A stretch of DNA of 64,000 nucleotides. Source: a phage. The stretch lies in assembly GCA_024911895.1 (NCBI GenBank), contig GCA_024911895.1_3948.1; one strand, given 5' to 3'. A model generated the notes under the pieces. The model was not told the DNA's origin. It did not search any database and saw only the letters and a program-made list of their open reading frames with translations. This document shows, in pieces, positions 53,701-63,479 of this stretch. Positions within the stretch are counted from its first letter, which is position 1. Each line of letters begins with the position of its first letter. The position numbers and the translations under genes were made by a program.

Positions 53701-55116
53701 TTACCAGATGTAACGGTCAATCATTACTGCTTTGAGCATTACGCTGATTGGGTCAAACTTCTCACCACCAAGCAGAGCTTTTAAAGTGGCTGGAGAGAAC
53801 CCTGATACCATTGCTACACCATTATCCTTAACAGATACTTCGCAAGTGCCATTACGGTTTGCTAAGTACCAGAATACCAGTTGTGGCATTTCGTATCCAG
53901 CTTTTTTGTACTTACTCTGAATTGCTTCAAAGTTTGTACGACCGTTAGCACCATCAACCTGATTGAACTCCATATCGGAGAAGATTATAAGCTTACTTGG
54001 CATATCTTTCTGAGTCAAGTTGTTTCTTTTACCTGTCTCAAGAATACGGTCAAAAGCTGCTTGTAAGTTAGTTGAGCCATACTCAACATGACGCATTACC
54101 TGACGATGACGGTTTCGTAAATCACCACTCAGTTCGATGAAGTGAGGGTTTGTTGAATAAACCATCAACTCATTCTTAAAGCAACCTGTATTGCGTTCTG
54201 CTACATACAAGGCAAGTGATACACCAATATCCAGAGCAGTAATGGAGCCAAAATTCACCCAAGACATTGAACTTGATACATCAGACATACACAAGATGTT
54301 TTCACCTTCTGCCATCCAGTTTGGTAGTGCTTTCCACTGCTCATTAGCAACATCTGCATTACCATGCTTGACAGATTTAATCACATCGTATGGGTAAACG
54401 GCACCAGCATTAATCTTAGCCTCACCTTTTGATAAGGACTCAATGTAAGCTTTGTAACGTTCTCCATCCTTACGGTTAAACAGTTTTTGGTAACGTGCAG
54501 CAGCAAGTGAGGGAACCTTACTGTAGTCAATCTTGCCAAACTCATTAGCAGAGATTTTTTGCTCAACTGTATCAGATAGTGCAGATAACAGTGTGCGGTA
54601 CTCTTTCTCGCTCAAGTTGGCAAACTTGCAGAAACGTTTTACAAACTGCTTATGACGTGGTTTGACTCGTGGTAACCACTTAGCCGCCAAACCTGCTGTT
54701 GCAGGGTCTAGTAATGCTGCTTCTAAATGTTTGAAGGCATCTGTCTCGAAACAAGTACCCACGAAGATTTTGAAGTCATCAAAACGACCAAGTTCTGCAA
54801 TCTTATCCATAATGCGAAGAACCTGTGTAGGCTCTAAAACTTTATCTTCAATTGCTTGAAGCAAAACAGTTCTGAAGGCTTTACGCTCACCCATACCTTC
54901 TCGTACATCTCGCATATGAAGCAAAATACGAACTGCAACATCAACATCCTCACGCAAAGCTTTGTAGAACAGGTCTGGTAAGATTTCTACGTTGCTACGG
55001 CTTGAACCAGCAGCTTTGTAAAAGTCTACAAGAGCAGACATTGATGAAGTATGGTTTACAGCACCATTTTCAGTTCGACCTGCATGAAGGTGCGCATGTT
55101 TAAATAACTCGCTCAT
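53701..55116 (-). CDS. von Willebrand factor A domain protein, Ro60/TROVE-like candidate
   Basis: 471 aa; MIDAS motif CMSDVSSSMS, later IIFSDMEFNQVD and MVSGFSPATLKAL resemble Ro60 vWA segments; helical N-terminal region about 260 aa. Confidence 0.55.
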   Translation of the reverse strand: MSELFKHAHLHAGRTENGAVNHTSSMSALVDFYKAAGSSRSNVEILPDLFYKALREDVDVAVRILLHMRDVREGMGERKAFRTVLLQAIEDKVLEPTQVLRIMDKIAELGRFDDFKIFVGTCFETDAFKHLEAALLDPATAGLAAKWLPRVKPRHKQFVKRFCKFANLSEKEYRTLLSALSDTVEQKISANEFGKIDYSKVPSLAAARYQKLFNRKDGERYKAYIESLSKGEAKINAGAVYPYDVIKSVKHGNADVANEQWKALPNWMAEGENILCMSDVSSSMSWVNFGSITALDIGVSLALYVAERNTGCFKNELMVYSTNPHFIELSGDLRNRHRQVMRHVEYGSTNLQAAFDRILETGKRNNLTQKDMPSKLIIFSDMEFNQVDGANGRTNFEAIQSKYKKAGYEMPQLVFWYLANRNGTCEVSVKDNGVAMVSGFSPATLKALLGGEKFDPISVMLKAVMIDRYIW

Positions 55117-55196
55117 ATTTTACTCTCTTCTCTCATTGTTGTTTGATGTGACAGACTTTAGAGCAACTTTGTAGAGTCTGTCAACACCTTTTAAAA

Positions 55197-55568
55197 TTAT
55201 TTTTTGAGAGTCGCTACAGCAGAGAACGTTGGTTTGTTATCTGTCTGAGACTGACCACCATTATCAGGAGCCTTCTTAGTGTCTGCTGCAAGTGCTTTCA
55301 TCTCACCTGCTGAGTGAGTAAAGATAGTTTTACCGACCTCAATCATGCTCTTGATAGTTACGTCATCTGTGTTTAACCCGAACTCTGCAAGCTTAGCAGC
55401 ATCCCTTGTAACAATCGCCTCAAACAACTTTGCAGCAAACTCAGCAGAATTATCAATGGTCAGTTGAGCTTTTACAAGTGAGCTTTTGTTACGAGAGCCT
55501 TTTGGTCTTCCAGATGGGTTTCCAGACTGGCCTTTTTTAAACTGGCCTTTGTTTGTTCTGTTTTTCAT
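55197..55568 (-). CDS. Hypothetical protein with GNPSGRPKG motif
   Basis: 123 aa, basic N-terminus. Confidence 0.4.
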   Translation of the reverse strand: MKNRTNKGQFKKGQSGNPSGRPKGSRNKSSLVKAQLTIDNSAEFAAKLFEAIVTRDAAKLAEFGLNTDDVTIKSMIEVGKTIFTHSAGEMKALAADTKKAPDNGGQSQTDNKPTFSAVATLKK

Positions 55569-55697
55569 TGGTATGCCTCTTATAAGACCTCTTAAAAGGC
55601 TTTTAAGATAAAAGATAGATATCCAGAAAGATATCTGTTTAAATAGCCTTTTTAGAGGAACCTTTTAAGTTATCTTCTAAGTATTTATAAGCCTACA

Positions 55698-55720
55698 CCT
55701 TGTCAAGTACTTTGTCAACA
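55698..55720 (+). promoter_or_regulatory. Second copy of conserved box CCTTGTCAAGTACTTTGTCAAC
   Basis: 22/23 identity with 14691-14713; both at minus-to-plus operon switch points. Confidence 0.45.
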
Positions 55721-55960
55721 ACTTTTTTAACTTGCAATAGTTCTTGACTTGTTGTATGGATTACTGTACCATCTTAGTTAAAGCTGTAGGTCTGCCTTGT
55801 TCTACAAAGGAGACTTAATGAGAAAATCAAATAAACCGAAGAAAGGTAAGAATACCAATCACTGTAAGGAATCAAAAAGGGTAGAGTTAATCTACTATTC
55901 ATCCTCTGAAATTGGTCTGTACCTGTTCTTTCAAAATTACAGAAGACAAGAGGATTATCT

Positions 55961-56194
55961 ATGTGTAGTTCCCAATTAGAAATCGCAGATATTATAGATT
56001 TATATCAAACTGCAAAGAGTCATGGCTATATAACCTCAATTGGAAAGAATAGTCACTATGATGCTTTGACTGGAATGTATTTCAGGGCAATGGCTCAATC
56101 TAGTGAACAACACTTAATGGTTTCTTCCAGTGAGTTTACTTCGTTTCTCTATTGCAGCAAAATTATAAATCGCAGGAGAACTGAAAAATGTTAA
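55961..56194 (+). CDS. Hypothetical protein (77 aa)
   Basis: ORF. Confidence 0.35.
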   Translation: MCSSQLEIADIIDLYQTAKSHGYITSIGKNSHYDALTGMYFRAMAQSSEQHLMVSSSEFTSFLYCSKIINRRRTEKC

Positions 56195-56778
56195 CAGTAA
56201 GTTTTAATTACAATAGTGATGGCTCTGTATCAATTAATTCACCTTATGCAAATGACCTATTGAAAGAATTAGTTAATCAGTGTGATAGAGGTCTTCACTA
56301 TGTTCCAAATTCTTTTAAACAGAAGACTATTGCTAATAACTTGATGCGTGTAACAGTAACGTCATCGAATCCAAATTATGACTTTGATAGTGAAAGCCCG
56401 TACTCATTAGTTGCGCTTGGAGAGAGCAGCCAATTCAAACTTGTTTGCCACGACTCAGAAACATTCCTTAAGGTATTTTCCAACCTTATCCATAATAATA
56501 AGTACAGCTACGTTGATGGTAGTGTAAATTTCTATCCAGCAAACTATACATGTTTGTTGGTTGATAATATGAGAAAAAGTAAGCAAGAGCCTACGGAAAT
56601 TTCATTTGATGTGAACTCTAGTCCAGATGCAGAAACAAGTAAGAACTTTGATATGAGTTACGCATTGTCACTCAGTAAGAAATCCGAGTTCATTGATTAT
56701 GTCAATGGATTTGGTTTTAAGTTTGATGAGAGTATGAATCTTAAAAAACTTAAGAACCTACTTAAGACCAAAGCTTAA
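56188..56778 (+). CDS. Hypothetical protein (196 aa)
   Basis: ORF. Confidence 0.4.
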   Translation: MLTVSFNYNSDGSVSINSPYANDLLKELVNQCDRGLHYVPNSFKQKTIANNLMRVTVTSSNPNYDFDSESPYSLVALGESSQFKLVCHDSETFLKVFSNLIHNNKYSYVDGSVNFYPANYTCLLVDNMRKSKQEPTEISFDVNSSPDAETSKNFDMSYALSLSKKSEFIDYVNGFGFKFDESMNLKKLKNLLKTKA

Positions 56779-56825
56779 GTGTGAATAGGGGCTTATGCCC
56801 CTTTAACTATTTATAAGGATATTTA

Positions 56826-57197
56826 ATGAAAGCTAAGAGTGCAAAAGACTTTTATTGCTTCCTACAATCCTATATCAATTCCGTGCAAAATGGTGAAAGG
56901 TACAACCTTAATGATGTTATCCCAACACCTTTGACATGGAGACTCAGTAAATGGCCTGAAGAAGATATTACACCAACAATCGAACAGCGTACCTACAAAC
57001 CTGAAATCAATATTCCAGACTCTGAGAATCTATTATACCCAATGTTCCATATTGTTGGTCTTGGAAGATTCCTTATGGATATCCAGTATGTAATTGGTAA
57101 AGGTTATAAGGTTAAAGGTATTGTCGTTGGTGATGTATCTCCGAATCACAAAGGTTATTTTAGACTAAACGCACATTTAGAGGCTGAAAAGAAATGA
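56826..57197 (+). CDS. Hypothetical protein, paralog of N-terminal domain of the Ig-like protein
   Basis: Shared FMDxQY, KPxxxxPxSxxLLY segments with 57194-58327 N-terminus; ATGA overlap. Confidence 0.45.
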   Translation: MKAKSAKDFYCFLQSYINSVQNGERYNLNDVIPTPLTWRLSKWPEEDITPTIEQRTYKPEINIPDSENLLYPMFHIVGLGRFLMDIQYVIGKGYKVKGIVVGDVSPNHKGYFRLNAHLEAEKK

Positions 57198-58327
57198 TTA
57201 AAGCAAAGACTTACCCAGACTTCAAAGAGTTTGTGAAGGGCTTCATTGCAAACGTAAAGGCTGGTAAGAGATATGATTTTAGAACATATCAAGAGGCTAT
57301 TTTACCACTCACCTATAGTTCGTATTGGCCTGAAGCTGATATTGCAGAAGTTAAGAAGTTTGACTACAAACCAGACTACAAAGTTCCATTTAGTGATGAG
57401 TTGCTTTACAGCGTTGGTGCTCAAATGAGAACTTCTGACTTCTTCATGGACTTACAATATGCAATTATCAATGGTAAAGACGTTGATACAGTTTATTGTG
57501 AATGGTTGGCAAGGGTTAAACCATTCTCAATGTTGAATGCTAAGTTGAAGGATGCTATCAAGCCACCAGCAATTACTCAGCAACCAACAGGTCAAACAGT
57601 CAATGAGGGTGGCACACTTACTCTAAGCATTCTAGCAACTAACGCCACTGGATATCAGTGGAAAAAGGATGGTGAGGACATCCCTAGCGCCAATTCTGCA
57701 ACTTATACAAAACAGGCAGTAGCACCTTCTGACGCTGGTTCATACACTTGTGTTGTATCTGGAGATGGTGGAACAAGTGTTACCTCAGATGCAGCAACAG
57801 TGACTGTGAACGCACTACCTGTGATTACCAAGCAACCTTCTAACCAGACTATTAATGAAGGTGGAAACATCAACTTAGCAGTTACTGCAACAGGTGCAAC
57901 TGGTTACCAATGGAAGAAAGATGGCTCTGACATTCCTTCGGCTACAGAAGCTACCTATAGCAAGTCTGGCGCTCTGCCAGCAGATGCAGGTTCATACACT
58001 TGCGTCGTAACAGGTGCAGGTGGTTCTGTCACTTCTAGCCCTGCAACCATCACTGTGAAAGCTTTACCAGTTATCACTCAACAGCCAACCAATCAAGAAA
58101 TCACTGAAGGTGAGACCTTAACGCTGAATGTTGTGGCAACAGGTGCGACAGGTTACCAATGGAAGAAAGGTGAGGAAGACATCCTCGATGCAACTACTGC
58201 AACTTACACCAAAGAAGGTGCAACCGCTGCTGATGCAGGAAGCTACACCTGTGTAGTTACTGGTGCAGGTGGCTCTGTAACATCCAATGCAGCAACAGTT
58301 ACAGTTAACCCAGCAGGGGAGGCATAA
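57194..58327 (+). CDS. Protein with three tandem Ig-like domains
   Basis: Three repeats of about 82 aa each containing ATGYQWKKDG...AGSYTCVVTGAGGS; N-terminal 130-aa unrelated domain. Confidence 0.6.
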   Translation: MIKAKTYPDFKEFVKGFIANVKAGKRYDFRTYQEAILPLTYSSYWPEADIAEVKKFDYKPDYKVPFSDELLYSVGAQMRTSDFFMDLQYAIINGKDVDTVYCEWLARVKPFSMLNAKLKDAIKPPAITQQPTGQTVNEGGTLTLSILATNATGYQWKKDGEDIPSANSATYTKQAVAPSDAGSYTCVVSGDGGTSVTSDAATVTVNALPVITKQPSNQTINEGGNINLAVTATGATGYQWKKDGSDIPSATEATYSKSGALPADAGSYTCVVTGAGGSVTSSPATITVKALPVITQQPTNQEITEGETLTLNVVATGATGYQWKKGEEDILDATTATYTKEGATAADAGSYTCVVTGAGGSVTSNAATVTVNPAGEA

Positions 58328-58791
58328 TGCAACTCTCAAGAAAAGGTTTAGAAGCTATTAAGTTCTTCGAAGGTCTGGAGTTAGAGGCTTACGAAGACTC
58401 TGCCGGAATCCCTACAATTGGGTATGGAACAATCCGTATTGACGGAAAACCTGTTAAGATGGGTATGAAAATTACTGCTGAACAAGCTGAACAGTATCTT
58501 CTTGCAGATGTTGAGAAGTTCGTTGCAGCAGTGAATAAAGCTATCAAGGTTCCAACTTCTCAGAACGAGTTCGATGCACTTGTAAGTGAAACATACAACA
58601 TCGGTATCACAGCTATGCAGGATTCTACATTTATCAAGCGCCACAATGCTGGTAATAAGGTCGGTTGTGCAGAAGCTATGCAGTGGTGGAACAAGGTTAC
58701 AGTCAAAGGTAAGAAGGTCACTTCAAACGGCCTGAAAAACAGACGTAGAATGGAAGCTGACATTTATCTTGACAGTGTATATCCAAAGTAA
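58327..58791 (+). CDS. Endolysin, GH24 lysozyme (T4 e / lambda R-like)
   Basis: FEGLELEAYEDSAGIPTIGYGT catalytic-Glu region and overall length 154 aa. Confidence 0.75.
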   Translation: MQLSRKGLEAIKFFEGLELEAYEDSAGIPTIGYGTIRIDGKPVKMGMKITAEQAEQYLLADVEKFVAAVNKAIKVPTSQNEFDALVSETYNIGITAMQDSTFIKRHNAGNKVGCAEAMQWWNKVTVKGKKVTSNGLKNRRRMEADIYLDSVYPK

Positions 58792-58800
58792 TATCTTCAT

Positions 58801-58824
58801 AGGCTCCTTCGGGAGCCTTTTTTA
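58801..58824 (+). terminator. Rho-independent terminator after endolysin
   Basis: GGCTCC-TTCG-GGAGCC followed by TTTTTTAT. Confidence 0.65.
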
Positions 58825-58842
58825 TTTTCTAAGGAGAAAACT

Positions 58843-59241
58843 ATGAAACTTTGGGCTAGTGACTTTGGAACTTTTAAGTATACTCGCAATGGCTCGCTTG
58901 TACGCATTGTTGGGAACAATGTAGTTTCAAGAGGTGACAAGGTGTATACACGGTTTACTGTAGAGCTTGTTGAACTGTCACCTATTGAGTCTGTGAACAA
59001 TGGTCTGTTCAAGTTTGAGACTTACAATGTCAATGAGCATGGACAATTCAACCCTCTTGGCGAAAGTGGACTTGATATTATTTCAGAGCACCCATTGACA
59101 AAAGAGCAACTTGCAGGTTACTATAAAACTGTTCTGGAAAGGCAGTTAGCAACACATGAACAAGAAGCTAACTACCATCTACAGCATTGCGAAAATTTAA
59201 GAGCAAAAATCGAACAAGCAGAGAGAGGTTTTTATGAATAA
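58843..59241 (+). CDS. Hypothetical protein (132 aa)
   Basis: ORF with AGGAGA upstream. Confidence 0.4.
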   Translation: MKLWASDFGTFKYTRNGSLVRIVGNNVVSRGDKVYTRFTVELVELSPIESVNNGLFKFETYNVNEHGQFNPLGESGLDIISEHPLTKEQLAGYYKTVLERQLATHEQEANYHLQHCENLRAKIEQAERGFYE

Positions 59242-59629
59242 TAACAGTCATATCCACGTTAAAGTTGATGTCAGCCGTTACAGCGAAAATGAGGAACTAG
59301 ACCTGAAAGATGCTCTTCTCTTTGAGAAGAATGGTAATCTCCATTTGCATTTTGAAGGTACAAACACATATCTCCACAGATGTCGAGATGATGCAGATGG
59401 TTGCCCTGTTTTTGCTTGGTATAATTTAGAGTTTCCTCTTTATGCAATCCACTACCCAGATGGTGGAGAAGACTGGACAACTCAATCAATCTTTGATGAG
59501 CTTAATGGTGTTCCTGTTGAGCAAGAAGAGCAAGAACCTGTTGAACTAACCTTCACTTTCATCAAAGAAGAGAAAGTAGGTGACTTGTCAGTAACTGAAG
59601 CAATTCAAGTCTCACAGGTGATTCGTTAA
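59234..59629 (+). CDS. Hypothetical protein (131 aa)
   Basis: ORF. Confidence 0.4.
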   Translation: MNNNSHIHVKVDVSRYSENEELDLKDALLFEKNGNLHLHFEGTNTYLHRCRDDADGCPVFAWYNLEFPLYAIHYPDGGEDWTTQSIFDELNGVPVEQEEQEPVELTFTFIKEEKVGDLSVTEAIQVSQVIR

Positions 59630-59922
59630 TGAGTAAAGTACAGGTTATTTTCCCTATTTGTGACTTCTCACTAGAGCGTGAACTTGACCTGTATGAAGAA
59701 ATTACTGACGAAATTATCTGGTCTGTTGTAGAAGAGGCTATCAAGAAGCTGTATGGTGGCCTCTTAAATCCATCAAGTAAGAAGTTAAGCACTAAGCAAG
59801 TAGCTGACCCATATGTTTCATACGATGCCTACAACAAACCTTTTGAGAACACCTGCTTTGACCTTATGGTAGGTAATAATAAAGTCAACTATTTCTTCGT
59901 CAGAGAGTTTAACGATGAGTAA
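59629..59922 (+). CDS. Hypothetical protein (97 aa)
   Basis: ORF. Confidence 0.4.
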   Translation: MSKVQVIFPICDFSLERELDLYEEITDEIIWSVVEEAIKKLYGGLLNPSSKKLSTKQVADPYVSYDAYNKPFENTCFDLMVGNNKVNYFFVREFNDE

Positions 59923-60259
59923 GCTCCATGTCACAGTTTACAAAAACTTCTCAGATATCAAAGAGTCTTTAACAAATAAGCTTGACTTACAACGTAAAAG
60001 ACTCTTTTTAATGTATGACATAGACAACTACAACCATCCTAAAGAGTTTAACTACAAAGATGGTACAAAGGTTGTTGAGTTTGAAGATTCTGTGACGGTA
60101 TATGTCAAGCATGACTTACCAGCAAAGTACATAGGGATGCTAGAGTACTACATATTCAAACATACTGGTATGCGTGGTGAGTCTGTTAAGATATCTTCTA
60201 TAGAAGTTTTTGAGAAACCTAACACACAACTTAAAAAGTATTTAATGAGGAAACTGTAA
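59915..60259 (+). CDS. Hypothetical protein (114 aa)
   Basis: ORF. Confidence 0.4.
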   Translation: MSKLHVTVYKNFSDIKESLTNKLDLQRKRLFLMYDIDNYNHPKEFNYKDGTKVVEFEDSVTVYVKHDLPAKYIGMLEYYIFKHTGMRGESVKISSIEVFEKPNTQLKKYLMRKL

Positions 60260-60840
60260 TGTCAGAAGAACATGAGCATATCCAACCAGAAGTTACATTA
60301 GTAAAACATTTCGGAAATGTAGAAGGCTGTGTAGCACTTTTTCAAACCAACATCAATTCTCCAGTCAAACTGTGCAAATTGACGATAAACACCAACAATA
60401 TCAGTGTATGTGTGAATGAAGAAGTCCAGTACTTCAAATTCAATGATAAAGAGGTTGATGCTGCACTATTAAAGTACAGAGCAAATCTTGAAAAAGATAT
60501 TGACCATAAAGAGGTGGTGAGTCTGTTTGCAGACCTTCATAAGCTTCTTGATAAGGTTGAAAAAAGAACATATTACATGAATAATGGCTCAATCATCACT
60601 ACCATGATTTCACCATGTATCTCTGAGCCAATCTTCACAGATGATGGTGCTTACTATGTTGTAGCATCGGCAGTATCTGATTGGTGGTTAAAGAATAACG
60701 CACTGAAGACAGTGATTGAGGCTATCAGAGAACACATCCCTACATTTAGCCCGTGGAAAGGCAAAGGTGATGAATTTATCGCACTATTGAGTGAAGAGAG
60801 CAACAAGCGCAGTGCATTACTGCCTAAAAAATACTCTTGA
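60259..60840 (+). CDS. Hypothetical protein (193 aa)
   Basis: ORF. Confidence 0.4.
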   Translation: MSEEHEHIQPEVTLVKHFGNVEGCVALFQTNINSPVKLCKLTINTNNISVCVNEEVQYFKFNDKEVDAALLKYRANLEKDIDHKEVVSLFADLHKLLDKVEKRTYYMNNGSIITTMISPCISEPIFTDDGAYYVVASAVSDWWLKNNALKTVIEAIREHIPTFSPWKGKGDEFIALLSEESNKRSALLPKKYS

Positions 60841-60923
60841 CCGAGTATACAATATTGATTATGATGGGAGCTATCGAGAGGTAGTTCCCTTTTTAGTTTC
60901 TAGAGAAACACTACGGTGAAAGA

Positions 60924-61142
60924 ATGAAAAGACTAACTACAGTTGAAGATTACTACAAACTGTCCTTGTTAGAACAGTATCGCAGAAGCCAGAATATCAG
61001 AAAATGCTATGGTAAACACGCTGAAGGTGACTTTTACCATTGTTACGATGCAGATTTAAAAGGTGTAACACCTAGAGGCAAAGTACTACAAAGACTTGTT
61101 GACCTTGAGTGGAACAAACGATTGAGAGGGATTGGAAAATGA
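60924..61142 (+). CDS. Hypothetical protein (72 aa)
   Basis: ORF. Confidence 0.35.
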   Translation: MKRLTTVEDYYKLSLLEQYRRSQNIRKCYGKHAEGDFYHCYDADLKGVTPRGKVLQRLVDLEWNKRLRGIGK

Positions 61143-61642
61143 TTTACGAAGAAAGATACAAGATAGATTACCAGAAGACTGGTCATCATGTCTCCCTAAG
61201 AGTAACAAAACCAAACGGAGATACTGGTATCATAGCACATTTTGGTGGTGATTATTGGTATGGCACAGGTTGCTTTGAAGGCTACACTCAAGAGTACTTG
61301 AAAGCTTTCTACAGAGACTTTACAAACGACTACAACAGGGTTGTTGACGAAAAGAATAAGTGCATTAAGCATGAACACCATGCAAGAGGTTGTTTGAGTA
61401 CAGTAATGGTACTGGCATTTTTCTTAGCAACATTACTGGCAGTATCAGCAATCAGTTCCATAGCTCAAGATTTGACCATTACACAGATTACTGCAAAGGT
61501 ATATGATGTTTGGTACTTGTATGCTGCCCCTTTAGTTGGTATCATCATCTCACTAATGAGATTCAGAGTTCATAAGAAACGACTTAAGGACTCTGAGGTT
61601 AAACTTGAAGAGGTAAGTAAAGAATGCAACCTACAATTATAG
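61109..61642 (+). CDS. Hypothetical membrane protein
   Basis: C-terminal hydrophobic segments LSTVMVLAFFLATLLAV and YAAPLVGIIISLM. Confidence 0.4.
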   Translation: MEQTIERDWKMIYEERYKIDYQKTGHHVSLRVTKPNGDTGIIAHFGGDYWYGTGCFEGYTQEYLKAFYRDFTNDYNRVVDEKNKCIKHEHHARGCLSTVMVLAFFLATLLAVSAISSIAQDLTITQITAKVYDVWYLYAAPLVGIIISLMRFRVHKKRLKDSEVKLEEVSKECNLQL

Positions 61643-61718
61643 CTGTATGTGTTCGTTTTGCAATCGCTGAAATGATTAACAAGGCAATCTTAAAAGATGC
61701 CTATGGAGAGACTAAGCA

Positions 61719-61943
61719 ATGATTAAGACACCTGTACCAATTTTTGGATTTCCTTCTATTGAAGAGTTCAAAGTTTACCTTGACAAAAACTTCTACAATG
61801 AGCAGCCTGTTACTTTACTGAAGAGTGACTTATCAGAGCTTCTTGATATGGTTATTAAGGCAACTTCTGAGAAGGAGCCTGAGCAGAAAGCTGAGAAGAA
61901 GACTAGTAAGAAATCCGACAAGAAGACTGAAAAGTCTGAGTAA
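61719..61943 (+). CDS. Hypothetical protein with Lys/Glu-rich C-terminus
   Basis: ORF. Confidence 0.35.
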   Translation: MIKTPVPIFGFPSIEEFKVYLDKNFYNEQPVTLLKSDLSELLDMVIKATSEKEPEQKAEKKTSKKSDKKTEKSE

Positions 61944-61996
61944 TAACTTGAGGGGTTACTTGATAGCCCCTTTGTAGAACTTAGAAGGTAGCGAAT

Positions 61997-62425
61997 ATGC
62001 AAATCATAGCTGGTCAAGAACTTGACATCATAGATGCAAAAACACAGGAGTACATCGCAACAGTGAAGGTTATAGGAGTCAGGGAGTGGAATACTGAATA
62101 CCCAATTCAATGCCTTGTGCTGGAGAAGTTTAAAGCTAATGGTGTACACTTTTACCACGGTGACTACATCAGCTTTAACAAAGATGGTTACTGGCGTGGT
62201 AGTGACCACCCTCAAGCAAATGAGTTTAATATGCGTCTAGCAATACCACAAAAAGATAACCCACAAAACGTAAAAGATATCCTTGTAGAAGCCTATGAAG
62301 AGGGTATAATAGATGTTGTGCATGATGTTGAAAAAGCTTTAAAGCTTTTTATGCCACATTTAGAATCTGGAAAGCTGACTTTAGAGATGCTTAATAGGGT
62401 TATTCGGAGAGCTTATGAAAATTAA
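61997..62425 (+). CDS. Hypothetical protein (142 aa)
   Basis: ORF. Confidence 0.4.
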   Translation: MQIIAGQELDIIDAKTQEYIATVKVIGVREWNTEYPIQCLVLEKFKANGVHFYHGDYISFNKDGYWRGSDHPQANEFNMRLAIPQKDNPQNVKDILVEAYEEGIIDVVHDVEKALKLFMPHLESGKLTLEMLNRVIRRAYEN

Positions 62426-62879
62426 AGTAGTAGTTCAAAAAGCAATGCTTAACAATTCAACTAAAGATAAAATGTACAAAGAGATTTGTGATAAGTTGAA
62501 TTGTTCAAGACATGCTGCTAAGGCTCTTGTGCATTGCTTTATCTTGGAATGCTCAGAAGCTTATATGAAGCATATAGCTTTTGAAAGTTCTAACTCACTA
62601 GGTGATGTAGAAGTTGGTGAGAAGCTAAAAGAACCTGAGATGAAAACAGTTCCTAAAGTTGGTAATGTATACCGCCTTAAAGACTTCAAGACTGGAGAGG
62701 TTGTTGCAAAAGGTGTAGTAGAGTCTGTTTATCATGACGGTAAATACCTATTTAAGATATTTGAGTGTGATAGCATCTATTTACATTTGTTTGGTCTTAC
62801 ATTCTTAGTAACAGAAGAAGACCTTATTAGGAACAATAGCAACAAGTTTGCAGTACCAGCTTACCAAGTTTTACGATAA
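62415..62879 (+). CDS. Hypothetical protein (154 aa)
   Basis: ORF. Confidence 0.4.
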   Translation: MKIKVVVQKAMLNNSTKDKMYKEICDKLNCSRHAAKALVHCFILECSEAYMKHIAFESSNSLGDVEVGEKLKEPEMKTVPKVGNVYRLKDFKTGEVVAKGVVESVYHDGKYLFKIFECDSIYLHLFGLTFLVTEEDLIRNNSNKFAVPAYQVLR

Positions 62880-63441
62880 TGGTGTGATAGATATGGAAAA
62901 AGATAACTTAAAAGAGGTTGAAGGTAACTATCTAGTCCTTGACTGGAAGGACGTTCGGGAAGCACTCTCCGAAGAAAATCTTGACTGGTTTGAACAAATT
63001 ATCTTTGCAGTACGTCATAACAGAGAGACTGTAAATGGTAAAGAGCCATTAGAAGGAATCTTTGTAGACAAGTCTTACCCGTTCTATGAAGATACTTTAC
63101 AGAAAGTTAAGATGTACTTTAGACAGAAGAACCGTAAAGTGGTCACTATGGTATCTCTTGGTGGACAGAGTATGTCTGTGATGGAAGATATCAACCCTAA
63201 GAGGCCGAGTAAAGGTATCTGTATAAAAATCACAGGGCATGAAGAGTATATCTCAGTGAATGACTTTAGCTCATTCTGTAATGGTTCTGCTGTCTTTAAT
63301 GGGTTTCACTATGATATCCGAGTGTACCCAATCAAGGGAGATGATATCATGATGCAGGTATTTGATAACAACAATGGCTTTACTCATTTTTATCAGACAA
63401 CCAAGTCATCACTGAAGACAGTTCTGGAAACACTGGTTTAA
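62848..63441 (+). CDS. Hypothetical protein (197 aa)
   Basis: ORF. Confidence 0.4.
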   Translation: MQYQLTKFYDNGVIDMEKDNLKEVEGNYLVLDWKDVREALSEENLDWFEQIIFAVRHNRETVNGKEPLEGIFVDKSYPFYEDTLQKVKMYFRQKNRKVVTMVSLGGQSMSVMEDINPKRPSKGICIKITGHEEYISVNDFSSFCNGSAVFNGFHYDIRVYPIKGDDIMMQVFDNNNGFTHFYQTTKSSLKTVLETLV

Positions 63442-63479
63442 AATATCTTAAGAGCCTCCTTAATTGGGGGCTTTTTAAT

